The notes under the pieces are model-generated. The model saw nothing but the letters and a program-made list of their open reading frames with translations, searched no databases and had not been told where the DNA came from. From NCBI GenBank assembly GCA_964016885.1, contig OZ024758.1, forward strand, positions 5,084,001 through 5,148,000: a DNA stretch of 64,000 bases, read 5' to 3'. Position numbers and translations under genes: made by a program. How positions within the stretch are numbered: position 1 is the stretch's first letter; every line of letters begins with the position of its first letter. Of the stretch, positions 1 to 12,360 are shown one piece after another. This stretch comes from Eledone cirrhosa (taxonomy: Eukaryota).

Positions 1-253
1 ATTCAGAAGCTGGATCAAAGGTCTTCCTTCTATCCATTCTGTTAATTTCCAATTTAGAATTATTTCCCTATTCAAGGTTTTTTTTCATAGGCATGTGTTT
101 CTATATCTACTACTACTACTACACTATCCCGACACCCCGTTGCCAAGCGGTTTAGCCTTGTGTTCAGAAAGCCTGTCGTTATTCCCACCATGCATCTCGT
201 CATTCATTGAGTACTCCCTTTGTGGTCAATTCGTCTCAAGTACTTTTAATTTG

Positions 254-400
254 CCAGTTGCAGACTGTGCATCAATATCAGATATTTTTCTCCACAAAGT
301 TGGGTCACCAACAGCAGAGTTTAAAGAGCAAAGATCAAGTCCAGTCCATAGGCTGACATTATCAAGCCATTGTTTTGGCTGCCGGCTTCTATCAGCTACA
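254..400 (-). mobile_element. RTE-type LINE 3' fragment (same family as 5895-6655 and 53718-54300)
   Basis: Near-identical to other copies in the window; the minus strand encodes RRQPKQWLDNVSLWTGLDLCSLNSA-like RTE C-terminal residues. Confidence 0.7.
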
Positions 401-1067
401 TGTGATCAAAAACAATCCACATCACCTTAGAAAGAAGAAAATATTTATACATAACTTTGGCATATGTCAGGTATTGTGAGAGAAATGTGTAACCGATATA
501 ATTAAATCATTCGTTTACTTTTACTTGTTTCATAATACTCCAGGTGAGGATTAAATACAATTGAAAGTCAACTGCGGTGAGATAAAACGAAAAGATGCAG
601 AGAAAATTCATGTAACGTTCTTCCAGTATGAAGATAATTGGTATGAAAATATTGACAAAACATAACATGAAAAAATTAATAGGACATAAACGCAAGATCA
701 TTTTTTAAATATATTTTTAGTTATAAAAATGAAGTGTTTGAGTATCCGTTTGTGGGTTTTTTGTAAAGTTGTATATATTTTGTAAAGTAATATAAATAGA
801 GTTGATAGGAGGAAATTAAAATTTACATTATATTCAATAATATATAAACGATGTTGATAAAAAGTATAAACTATCAAATGCAATGAAATATATCCAGCGA
901 AATTAATATCAAATTTGAAAAATTGTTCTTCTCTCAGAGGAACGAGAACCAATGATGTAAGAACGATTAAGTGAAGCCAATGTGTGTTTTATAGATCGCA
1001 GAATTGTGACAAAAATCAACACGGAGCATGATTTGTAAAGTATAAAAATATACATAGTAAGCCTAAA

Positions 1068-1500
1068 TGTATGTTTATGATGTGTTTATGATCTATGTTT
1101 ATGATCTGTGTTTATGATCTATGTTTATGATCTATGTTTATGATCTGTGTTTATGATGTATGTTTATGATCTGTGTTTATGATCTGTGTTTATGATCTGT
1201 GTATATGATCTGTGTTTATGATCTGTGTTTATGATCTGTGTTTATGATCTGTGTTTATGATGTATATTTATGATCTGTGTTTATGATCTATGTTTATGAT
1301 GTATGTTTATGATGTATGTTTATGATCTATGTTTATGATCTGTGTATATGATCTATGTTTATGATCTGTGTTTATGATCTGTGTTTATGATGTATGTTTA
1401 TGATCTGTGTTTATGATGTATATTTATGATGTATATTTATGATCTGTGTTTATGATCTGTGTTTATGATCTGTGTTTATGATCGGTGTTTTTGATCTGTA
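1068..1500. repeat. 13-bp minisatellite (ATCTGTGTTTATG)n
   Basis: About 33 direct copies with minor substitutions. Confidence 0.95.
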
Positions 1501-1779
1501 AACACATATAAGGGTTTCTACTGTTTTGTTATATCAATACCCATTGGTTCCTTTCGGATAACCACTTCATATCTTGTGGGAAGACAAACAAAACCCTTTG
1601 TTAAACATTCCCAACCAACATTCACTATTTCTCAGTCACTTGTCTCAACCTACTCTAATCTCACTGCCTTCTTCTTCTTCTTCTTCTGATGATGATGATC
1701 ATGACCACCGCCGCAACCACCTCCACCACCGCCACTACTACTACTACTACTACCACAACATCACTAACATCGCCGCCAT

Positions 1780-1814
<35 letters not shown>

Positions 1815-2051
1815 ACACTACTGCTACTCCCGACCATCACAATAGCTAATTAATCTTCGTGTAGTAATTATTATTAAATGGTAATGGTTATAGAATTATT
1901 GTTCCTATAATTAATACTCCTATACTTAATGCATGAGATAATTATCACTGATGAGGTTTAATTAGGGGAAGATTTAGCTGCCAAGAAGATCGAGAGGGTC
2001 CCTCTTTGGCTCTAGTTATCACCTCTGGTTTTCTTCCACTTATTACTATGA

Positions 2052-2320
2052 AGGCACGTGGCTTAGTGGTTAGAGAGTTAGGTTTGCAATCGTGAGGTTG
2101 TGAGTTCAATTCTTGGACTGGATGATGTGTTGTGTCCTTGAGCAAGACATTTTATTTCACCTTGATCCCTCTGCCAGGAGTTGCGACCAGGTAGATAGTA
2201 TCAGCAATGGAAAGACCAATGGAAACATTGTTTCCTTGGTCCGATTTGACGAGGCCCACCCCACTCGACAAGCGAATGAGGTCTGATCTTGTCTATTGAT
2301 CAGAGCGAGAGCGATTACTG
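2052..2320 (+). mobile_element. tRNA-derived SINE family 2 (CORE-like central segment)
   Basis: A-box TGGCTTAGTGG, B-box-like GAGTTCAATTC, then TGTGTCCTTGAGCAAGACA; homologous to 15446-15650 and 45340-45450. Confidence 0.75.
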
Positions 2321-2519
2321 TGCAAATGTTTGTATTGTTATTGTTGTTACTGTTATCGATATTACTGTCATTTCTGTATTTCTATTGATTGTATTCTTGC
2401 TGAAACGAGTCACGTGGCCTTATGGTAAGAGTGTTGGACTTACGATCATAATGACGTGGGTTCGATTTCTGGGCTGGGTTGTGTGTTGTCTTCTTCTTCT
2501 TCTCTGATGATGATGTCGA

Positions 2520-2596
2520 TGATCAACAATACAACCACCACCACCCCTACCATCATCATTACCTCCACCCCCACCATTATTACTACTACCACCTCA

Positions 2597-2628
<32 letters not shown>

Positions 2629-3740
2629 CACTACATCACTAACACCACCGCCGCCACTACTACTATCACTGCCATTACTTACACAACCACCACCAACACC
2701 ACCATCATCACTGCCATTACTTACACCACCACCACCAGCACCACTACCATTGCGAACCACCACCACCACCACCACCACCACAACCACAACCACCATCACT
2801 GCCACCACCACCATCATTGCCATTACTTACTCAACCACCACCAACACCACCACCACCACCACCACCACCACCACCACCACAACCACAACCACCATCACTG
2901 CCACCACCACCATCATTGCCATTACTTACTCAACCACCACCAACACCACCACCACCACCACCACCACCACCACCACAACCACAACCACCATCACTGCCAC
3001 CACCACCATCATTGCCATTACTTACTCAACCACCACCAACACCACCACCACCACCACCACCACCACCACCACAACCACCACCACCATCACTGCCACCACC
3101 ACCATCATTGCCATTACTTACTCAACCACCACCAACACCACCACCGCCACCACCACCACCACCACCACCACCACAACCACAACCACCATCACTGCCACCA
3201 CCACCATCATTGCCATTACTTACTCAACCAGCACCAACACCACCACCGCCACCACCACCACCACCACCACCACAACCACCACCACCATCACTGCCACCAC
3301 CACCATCATTGCCATTACTTACTCAACCACCACCAACACCACCACCACCACCACCGCCACCACAACCACCACCACCACCACCACCACCACCACCACCACA
3401 ACCACCACCATCACTGCCACCACCACCATCATTGCCATTACTTACTCAACCACCACCACCGCCACCACCACCACCACAACCACCATCGCCACCGCCACCA
3501 CCACCACAACCACCACCACCATCACTGCCATTAATAACACCACTTTAGCATACCATCAATCGACACGCTCGCTGCTACTGTTGCTGTTGCTACTATTACT
3601 GTACCAACTGCTGCTGCTGTTGCTACTATTACTGTACCAACTGCTGCTGCTGTTGCTACTATTACTGTACCAACTGCTGCTGCTGTTGCTGCTATTACTG
3701 TGAGCTGTTGCTACTGCTGCTGCTGTTGCTGCTATTACTG
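2520..3740. repeat. (ACC)n/(ACT)n microsatellite organised into a ~63-72 bp higher-order minisatellite, followed by (CTG)n-rich 33-bp repeats
   Basis: Unit CATCACTGCCACCACCACCATCATTGCCATTACTTACTCAACCACC... repeated about 10 times. Confidence 0.95.
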
Positions 3741-4042
3741 AACGGCTGCTGTATATGCTGCCATGACACATGTTATGCAGTGCTGCTGTCTCAACACAGT
3801 TTCTATTAGACTCCATTCCATCACATCTATAACATATCTCCACTTCTAACTCTCTACTTTCTTAAACTTGGTAATCAGAACTCTTCCTCTGTCTGTTGGC
3901 GCACTTCTTCGGGGCTTCGTGTCGCTCATAGTCGGCTCTTTGCTTCTTTCTTTCTTTCTTTTTTTTCTTTTCTTTTCTTTTCTTTTATGTAGTTGGTGTT
4001 TTTGTTTTTGTTTTTTTACTGAAAAAAAAACATGTTATACTT

Positions 4043-4084
<42 letters not shown>

Positions 4085-4086
<2 letters not shown>

Positions 4087-4287
4087 TCATCATCATCATT
4101 TTACGTCCGCTTTTCCCTGCTTGCAATGGTAGGAGGGGTCTTATTCAGCACAGCATCTCTCCACTTGTCACGGTCCTTCGTCATCTCCACCGTGAGCTTC
4201 AGCGATCTGAGGTCTGTTCTCACCACCTCCGCCCATATTTTTCGTGGTCTACATCTACCACGTCTTCCTTCAACTGGCATTTCCTGG

Positions 4288-4290
<3 letters not shown>
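4085..4290 (-). mobile_element. RTE-clade LINE 3' end with (TGA)n tail
   Basis: Minus-strand EMPVEGRRGRCRPRKIWAEVVRTDL...DRDKWR* matches the RTE ORF2 C-terminal GRR-GRP-W motif, followed by a (TGA)n tail. Confidence 0.8.
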
Positions 4291-4335
<45 letters not shown>

Positions 4336-4343
4336 TACACACA

Positions 4344-4397
<54 letters not shown>

Positions 4398-4407
4398 AAC
4401 ACAAACA

Positions 4408-4477
<70 letters not shown>

Positions 4478-4717
4478 TAAAATTAGTCCTTCATCAGTGA
4501 TCTTCCAGCCTTCATTGGTATTTCATCGCTTTAAAGACCATATACGTCTGGTTGGTGCGAGCAACGGCTAAAGAAAGTCGTTGGGACACGTCCCGCTGTT
4601 TACGTGTCAGAAACCGCCGAGGTTAACTTTGCCTTTCATCCTTACGGGGTCGATAAAATAAAGTACAAGTAACGTACTGGAGTCGATTTTTATCGACTTT
4701 CCGCCTCTCCAAAAATT

Positions 4718-4756
<39 letters not shown>

Positions 4757-5031
4757 ATATATATATATTGTTGGCCTTGTAGCTAAACAAAAAAAACAAC
4801 ATTTAATACTGTAAAGTATGATTTTAGGTTGATTTGTCTGCTATTTCTGTTAAGTCCAGTCGGTCGCTAGTTGGCTTCTTAATTTTTTTCCGTGTTTGTG
4901 TGTGTATATATATATATATGTGTGTGTGTGTATATATGTGTATATATATATATACATATATATGCGCGTGTGTGTGTATTGGTATGTATGAGTGTGTTTG
5001 TATATATGTGTGTGTACGTATGCATACTTAC

Positions 5032-5069
<38 letters not shown>

Positions 5070-5171
5070 AGAGTGAGAGAGAGAGAGAGATAGATAGACA
5101 GGTAGACATAGAAGTATAAATACAATATATATTACCATATATATATATATCGGCTGCCAATATATAAATAT

Positions 5172-5363
5172 AATTGTTTCTACTTTTGGCACAAGGCCAG
5201 CAATTACCCTAGTGTATTACTGGTACTTTATTTTATCGACCGCGTAAGGATGAAAGGCAAAGTTAACCTCGGCGGGATTTGAACTCAGACCATAAAGGGC
5301 CGTAACTCTATGCTGCAAAGCATGGCGTCAGACCCTCTACCGATACTGTCAATCCACCGCCTT
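5172..5363 (-). mobile_element. tRNA-derived SINE family 1 (dominant SINE, Nin/Deu-like central domain)
   Basis: Head GGCGGTGGATTGGCAGTATCGGTAGAG, B-box GAGTTCAAATCCC, central GCCTTTCATCCTTACGGGGTCGATAAAATAAAGTACCAG; more than 30 copies or fragments in the window. Confidence 0.85.
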
Positions 5364-5894
5364 AGGAGTTCCCGCGTCTATAACTTTGGTGTTTACGATA
5401 ATGTTTTTATAAGCTAAAGCTTGTCTATCTGAGAATGTCTGCTATCATTAATACATAACAGTGTAAACCAATAATACACATGTATATTCTACATGGAATA
5501 TAATGAAAATATGACTTAGATGTGGGGGGAGAGGTGGAAAGACATTAAAAGGGGGAGAACATTAAGGGGAAAGAAAAAAATTAAAAAGAGGGTAGTATAT
5601 ATTAGAAAAAATGAGGAAGTTCCGTATTTTTTCTAATATATACACTCTGCCTGTGCGTAGAGTGCTTGTTTTGGTATCAACACTAGTAATTCACTGAATC
5701 CCCAAACTATATATATATACAGAGAGAGAAAAAAAGAGAGCCAGAGTTAGGTATATCCCGGCACCCCGGTGACAAGCGGCGTGTATGTTCAGAAAGCATG
5801 TCGCTATACCCACTCTGCATCTCGCCATGCATTGAGTACTCCCATGATATGTGGTGGTCACTTCGTCTTAAGTACTTTTAATTTGATAAATGAA

Positions 5895-6655
5895 TACTAC
5901 TACTTTGACGCCAAACTCCGCCAGTTGCAGACTGCGCATCAACAGGAGATATTTTTCTCCACAAAGTTCGATCACCAACAGCAGAGTTTAAAAATCAAAG
6001 ATCAAGTCCAGTTCATAAGTTGACATTATCTAACCATCGATTTGGCTGCCGGCCTCTGCTTCTCTTACCAGCCAACCTTCCTTCCAGGAATATATCATAT
6101 CTTTCGATCACCAACAGCAGAGTTTAAAAATCAAAGATCAAGTCCAGTCCATAAGTTGACATTATCAAGCCATCGTTTTGGCTACCGGCCTCTGCTTTTC
6201 TTACCAGCCAACCTTCCTTCCAGGAATATATAATACCTTTCGATCATCAACAGCAGAGTTTAAAGAGAAAAGATCAAGTCCAGTCCATAAGTTGACATTA
6301 TCAAGCCATCGTTTGGCTGCCGGCCTCTGCTTCTCTTACCAGCCAACCTTTCTTCCAGACATAACCTACTCACACCACGAGTTGATCTTTTTATATAACC
6401 GTATAGTTTGAGTACTCTTGACTTGACAATTGATGTAATTGGTCTAAGTCTGGTAATCTAACCAATGTAATCGTTTATTATATCAATCTACAACCTAGCT
6501 GAATACGGAATACGGTCTGCTTAGCTACTATTTTGACGCTAAACTCCTCCAGTTGCAGACTGCGCATCAACAGGAGATATTTTTCTCTACAAAGTTCGGT
6601 CACCAGCAGCAGAGTTTAAAGAACAAAGATCAAGTCCAGTCCATAGGTTAACATG
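5895..6655 (-). mobile_element. RTE-type LINE 3' region with an internal ~118-bp tandem triplication and a second 3' end
   Basis: Repeated CCAACAGCAGAGTTTAAA...ATCAAGTCCAGTCCATAAGTTGACATTATC blocks; (AGT)n-like tail; homologous to 53718-54300. Confidence 0.75.
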
Positions 6656-6789
6656 AATACTCCGTCACACTTAATCACCAACATTTAGCTGCGATAAATT
6701 ACTGACGTGAAGTGCTTTTGGATTGCTTGAAGCGACCTATCCTCACGAAATTACACCGTAACAACCTCTCGTAAGCGCTTTATCTTCTG

Positions 6790-6824
<35 letters not shown>

Positions 6825-6896
6825 ATAGAATGCCGTTAGCTTCTTGCTAAAACAATCTCTATACGTCTCATTTATATATATATATATATATATATA

Positions 6897-7088
6897 GCGA
6901 GGGAAAAGTGGTAAAGAACCAGGTGGACCATAACGCACCAAAGTACTCAATACTAAGGGTAGTAGAGTGGGTAATAAGAGTAAGTAAGACCCCGACGGCT
7001 GAGCTCAAGCCGCTTCGACGGCTAATTCAGTACAGAATTAGCCGTCGAAGCGGCTTGAGCTCAGCCGTCGGAGTCTTACTTACTCTTA
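6897..7088 (-). mobile_element. Family A fold-back element in (TA)n (putative PLE pLTR remnant)
   Basis: About 54-bp inverted arms (6975-7028 / 7035-7088) plus a ~78-bp tail; (TA)n on both sides. Confidence 0.7.
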
Positions 7089-7384
7089 TATATATATATA
7101 TATATTGTTAAGTTAAATGTTACTGTTGGTTCACCAATTTAAGCACTCGATGTGGAGGTCACACCTGAATAAACTTAATGGTGATACTTTGTCACGTCGT
7201 TCATTTACTCTCTTTATTTTCGATATTTTTTTCTTTAATAGGACTACCTTTTATTTTTTGTATTCTTCCTTTGTGATCCTGTCTATTTTTGTACCGCTGA
7301 AGAAGGGAGTACTTTCTTTTCCTTTTCCCATATAAAGCGTGAAACTAATAAGAATTATTGTATCCCTGTTTTTTCCTTGAACTA

Positions 7385-7420
<36 letters not shown>

Positions 7421-7421
<1 letters not shown>

Positions 7422-7606
7422 CGAAGGAATTGTGGTAAGGAACCAGATGGACCATAACGCACCAGAGTACTCAATACTTAGGGTAGTAGAGTGGGTAATA
7501 GGAAAAAGTATGACCCCGACGGCAGAGCTCAAGCCGTTTCGACGGCTATTTCTAGACATAGCCGTCGAAACGGCTTGAGCTCTGCCGTCAGGGTCATACT
7601 TTTTCC

Positions 7607-7610
<4 letters not shown>
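7421..7610 (-). mobile_element. Family A fold-back element in (TA)n
   Basis: Same tail and inverted arms as 6897-7088; GTCGAAACGGCTTGAGCTCTGCCGTC. Confidence 0.7.
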
Positions 7611-7662
<52 letters not shown>

Positions 7663-7670
7663 ATAATAAT

Positions 7671-7730
7671 AAATTTGAAGACTAAGAGTGAAAGCAGCGA
7701 TTCTTTGCTCAAACTTTAATTTGTTATATA
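7671..7730 (+). mobile_element. Family B partial pLTR/HHR copy
   Basis: GTGAAAGCAGCGATTCTTTGCTCAAACTTTAAT matches 33015-33047; stem II is deleted. Confidence 0.55.
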
Positions 7731-7994
7731 CATCGTTTGTGTTAGTGAGTATTTAGTGAGTATTTAGGAGCGCGAGAGGAACCAATGCTACAAAAGCAGG
7801 ATTCGGACTTTCCAGGAATTCTTAAGACTGTTAAAGGTAAAAATCAATAAATATGTCGGCGGTGTGATTTCTCAACCACGTTGTTTCGGGTTCAGTGACT
7901 CTTCAGGACACCTTAAGTGTCTTCTACTATAAACTCAGTTTAAATAATGCCTTGTAAGTAAAAATTGATAGACAGAAACTGTGTAGAAGCCGTC

Positions 7995-8061
<67 letters not shown>

Positions 8062-8062
<1 letters not shown>

Positions 8063-8269
8063 CGAAGGAAATGTGGTAAGGAACCAGGTGGACCATAACG
8101 CACCAAAGTACTCAATACTTAGGGTAGTAGAGTGGGTAATAGGAACGAATAGGACCCCGACGGCTGAGCTCAAGCCGTTTCGATGGCTAATTCTGGACTA
8201 AAAATTTTTAGTCCAGAATTAGCCGTCGAAACGGCTTGAGCTCAGCCGTCGGGGTCCTACTCGTTCCTA
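8062..8269 (-). mobile_element. Family A fold-back element in (TA)n
   Basis: Near-perfect palindrome of about 130 bp centred near 8203, plus the shared tail. Confidence 0.7.
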
Positions 8270-8362
8270 TATATATATATATAATTATTGATGTTATTGT
8301 TTTCATTCACTTGATTCTCCGATGTATCTATAAATACCAATGCCATGTGTTACACCCTCCAC

Positions 8363-8471
8363 TATTCCGATGATTTGATCAGAGACACACACTGTATTTA
8401 AGGTCGAGTGACGCAACTTCGAGTGATTAGCGGCCTTTAGACTCCCCTCATCAATGAAACAATTGTTAATA
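8363..8471 (+). ncRNA. Variant type I hammerhead ribozyme (CCGAUGA core, large stem II insertion)
   Basis: TATT-CCGATGA-tTTGAT[~70 nt]ATCAAt-GAAA-CAATTG-TT-AATA; AATAAA at 8477. Confidence 0.5.
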
Positions 8472-8542
8472 CTGTAAATAAAACCCTTTTTGTACAGCCG
8501 ACCATGTTATTCTTCACTCTTTCACTATACATATATATATAT

Positions 8543-8573
8543 AAGGGTATGTGTCCAATTATAGGAGATAGAA

Positions 8574-8665
<92 letters not shown>

Positions 8666-8798
8666 TTCTATCTCCAATAATTGGACACATACCTTTTTGT
8701 GTATTTTTCTCTATATACTGTCTTATAAAGAGCCCGGTATCTACTGCTTGAGCTCATTAAATTATTAAATTGTCTTTAACTCCGTATTTAATTTGATA
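8543..8798 (+). mobile_element. Fold-back element with a (TA)n centre and a TTGAGCTC tail
   Basis: AAGGGTATGTGTCCAATTATAGGAGATAGAATAC versus GTATTCTATCTCCAATAATTGGACACATACCTT; the tail resembles 20980-21025. Confidence 0.55.
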
Positions 8799-8818
8799 TC
8801 TCTCTCTCTCTCTCTCCC

Positions 8819-8878
<60 letters not shown>

Positions 8879-9151
8879 TTATGTATTTCCGTAGATAAGG
8901 TAAAGGAAAGAAGAGTGCTCTATGTGTAATACAGAGCTATTTAATTACATGTAATTAAATATATATATATAGATGTGTGTGTGTGTTGTTGGTTTACGCC
9001 CAGTAACCTAGCGGTTCAATAAACAGGGATAGATAAAATAAGAGCCAAACCTAAAAGTTCTTAGATCGATATATAGATATCAGACTTTGAACTTTTCCGC
9101 CCACTCTCGTATATAGATGTGTGTGTCGGGTGTGTTTGTCGGTGTGGTGGT

Positions 9152-9183
<32 letters not shown>

Positions 9184-9401
9184 CAGTATGTGTGTGTGTC
9201 TAAATGTGTATGTGTCTGTATGTGTGTCTAAATGTGTATGTGTCCTGTTTGTATGGGTATCTGTATGTGTGTGTGTGTCGAGGAGTGTTTTGGCACAAGG
9301 CCAGCATTTACCCTAGTGTATTACTGGTACTTTATTTTATCGACCCCCCGTAAGGATGAAGGCAAAGTTAACCTCGGCGGGATATATATTATTAATATAT
9401 A

Positions 9402-9432
<31 letters not shown>

Positions 9433-9471
9433 ATTTCCACTTTTGGCACAAGGCCAGCAATTACCTCAGTA

Positions 9472-9628
9472 CAGGGCCGTCTTAACAGAATCATAGGCCC
9501 CCGGGCAAAGCAGAGCACTGGGGACCCTACCTACACAACCACTCAGGAATAAAAATACAAATGGGCCCCCTATCCTCGTGGGGCCCCCGGGCAACTGCCC
9601 AGCGTGCCCATGCGTTAAGACGGCCCTG
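9472..9628. mobile_element. hAT-type MITE inserted into a SINE
   Basis: 15-bp TIRs CAGGGCCGTCTTAAC/GTTAAGACGGCCCTG; perfect 8-bp TSD CCTCAGTA at 9464-9471 and 9629-9636. Confidence 0.92.
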
Positions 9629-9985
9629 CCTCAGTACATTACTGGTACTTTATTTTATCGACCCCGTAGGGATGAAAGGCAAAGTTTGCCTCGGCGGGAT
9701 TTGAACTCAGACCATAAATGTTATGTTCTAACTTTAGTGCCAATACGATAGTTTATCTGTCTGTATATATCCTTCCTGTATATATACACGCATACACACT
9801 CATATATACACGTACATATATATATATATGCGTACTGACGTAGATTAATGCTCACACGCACAGACATTCATAGATACATATATACATACATACATACACA
9901 CACATACATCGGAGGCGGAAAAAACTTAAATCTTTCACTCCCTCCTTTTCTAACTCTCCTCTCTCTCTCTCTAAATATATATATA

Positions 9986-10062
9986 CAGGGTGTCTCAAAA
10001 ATGTATAGACATTTCAACAGCATTCTAATAAAAGTGTGTATACATTTTTTCGAGACACCCTG
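9986..10062. mobile_element. Tc1/mariner-type MITE
   Basis: TIR CAGGGTGTCTC..AAAATGTATA preceded by TA; related copy at 63609-63688. Confidence 0.75.
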
Positions 10063-10066
10063 TGTG

Positions 10067-10098
<32 letters not shown>

Positions 10099-10815
10099 TG
10101 CCTATCGATGTCTGTCTATTTCGATTATCATTCAAGTTTTCCAATATTCTATAGTAATATCTGCATCTGTAGCATGTCTATCTTAGTTTACTATCGGTAA
10201 AAATAAAATAATAATATAAATATTACAGGCACTAAATATACACGAATAGCGCGTTGATAATAGCAATGAGCAAATATATATATATGTACATATATATATT
10301 TACTTTTAACTTAATGAAAATATAGTATATCTGCGTGAGAACCACCCAGCTTTTAACAACACTTTCCAAAACAAATGTTATGAATTCATTCTATATAAGC
10401 AAAGCAGGCTTTAGTAAAATAAGATATATAACATTTATAAACAAATGCAGTTGCATGATTTATTAATCTTATCAGCAACACACACCCTTATACGCTCCGC
10501 ACAAACGTAGCATTTTTTTTTTTGTGTGTGTGTGGTTTTTTTTAAGGAAATATGTGAGAATGAAAAGTCGAACATGCAAATGAGTAGGAGATATAGAAGT
10601 AAATAGAGGAAAAGAAAAGAGGTGTGTTGGTCGTTTAGACACCGGTGGATTTGTTAGAATATTCCTCTACTGTTGGCCTCTACCTTCGGACATGATCGTT
10701 AAAAGTTACTGATATGTACAAACGGAAAAGATTGTCACATCAGAGACGGACGCACATGCAGAATGGGTGAGTGAAATTTAAGTTATATACATACATATAC
10801 ACACACACACATATA

Positions 10816-10862
<47 letters not shown>

Positions 10863-10871
10863 AATATATAT

Positions 10872-11040
10872 AACAAAGGAAATGTGGTAAGGAACCAGAT
10901 GGACCATAACACACCAGAGTACTCGATACTTAGAGTAGTAGAGTGGGGAAATAGGAAAAAGTATGACCCCGACGGCAGAGCTCAAGCTGTTTCGACGGCT
11001 ATTACGGCTAGAGCTCTGCCGCCGGGGTCATACTTTTTCC
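10872..11040 (-). mobile_element. Family A fold-back element in (TA)n
   Basis: Shared tail plus shortened inverted arms. Confidence 0.7.
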
Positions 11041-11127
11041 TATATATATATATAGAGAGATATATATATTACACATGTTGCATACACACACAGTAATATA
11101 TCTTTCAAGCAATCCTTCACTATTTAT

Positions 11128-11169
<42 letters not shown>

Positions 11170-11899
11170 TCATGTTTTTATATATATATCGACACACACA
11201 AACATAATCTTTAGCGTGAATCACTCTGTGTGTATCTGTTTGTGGGTGTGTGGTTATTCATTCATAAAGAATTCCTAAGGAAATACTTTTGTCGGCAGTT
11301 GTAAAGTTTTTAGTGCCAAATATAATAAATCTGGAAAGTACCAAGTATTATTCCACGTTGTTATAAATACAAATTACTAATTTAATTTGTTTTCTACCTT
11401 CAAGGAAGCGAACTATATAGTTTCTTTAATATATACAATTTAATAGAAAAAATTAGTTTTTCATTTTTAAATCAAGCCCACCCCACAAATGTTATAGTAT
11501 ACCCGACAGACGGCTTCTTTTCAGAAAACATTTCCCAACAAAGGCCTTCTATTCTTTTATATTCTGTCTGTTGTGATAAACTTTTTCTAGTTTTCATTTT
11601 TTTTTTTTTTTTTACATTTCAATATGCCTTGAAATCCATAATCCGTTATATTCTTCATTTCTCAAGCCGGTAGTGTATGATTTGAGGGAAATCTGGCTGC
11701 TATTTCTAACAGGATCAACAATATCCCTCCCAACACACACACAAATGTTTATCTTTGTAGGTATATTGGAACTGTCTTGTTTTGAGGCAATTGTTATACA
11801 AATATTTTTGTATTTTTATTTATATTGAGTTCTTTAACTGCACAGCTGGGTTCTATCTCAGCTGTAATATTTCTTTGGGGTTTTCTATTTTTTTCTATT

Positions 11900-12360
11900 C
11901 TATATAAAGTACTCTACTTAACATATGTGTACTCTACTTAACATGTGTGTGCTCTAATTGTGTACTCTAAGTGTCTACTCTGCTTAAAATGTGTGCACTG
12001 TTTAACTGTTATATGTTAGAGTACTTTATATAGAATAGAAAATATGTGTCCTCTAATTAACATATGTGCAGTGTCTGTTACTTTTTCTATATAAAGTACT
12101 CTACTTAACAGCATAATTAACTCTAATTAACCATGTACTCTACTTAACAGCATAATTAACTCTAATTAAACGTGTACTCTACTTAAGTGTGTACTCTACT
12201 TAAAATATGTGCAGTGTCTGTTATATTTTCTATTCTACATAAAGTACTCTACTTAACATATGTGCAGTGTCTGTTAAATTTTCTATTCTCTGTAAAGTAC
12301 TCTAGTTAAGCGTGTACTCTACTTAATGTGTACTCTACTTACCAGTGTGTACAGTGTCTA
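11900..12360. repeat. Degenerate ~20-bp minisatellite (GTACTCTACTTAACATATGT-like)
   Basis: Recurring GTACTCTACTTAA motif. Confidence 0.75.

Noticed and set aside
2456-3703. 415-aa Thr-rich, 351-aa His-rich and Pro-rich ORFs (mucin- or extensin-like)
   Set aside because: All three frames are open only because the sequence is an (ACC)n minisatellite; there is no evidence of gene structure.
7297-7355. CTGAAGAAGGG...GAAACTAATA as a hammerhead
   Set aside because: Core words are present but stems I and III cannot be formed; at most a decayed copy.
7860-7997. CTGAAGA...CGAAAC on the minus strand as a hammerhead
   Set aside because: There is no stem I or III pairing, and the segment looks like a decayed tRNA-SINE on +.
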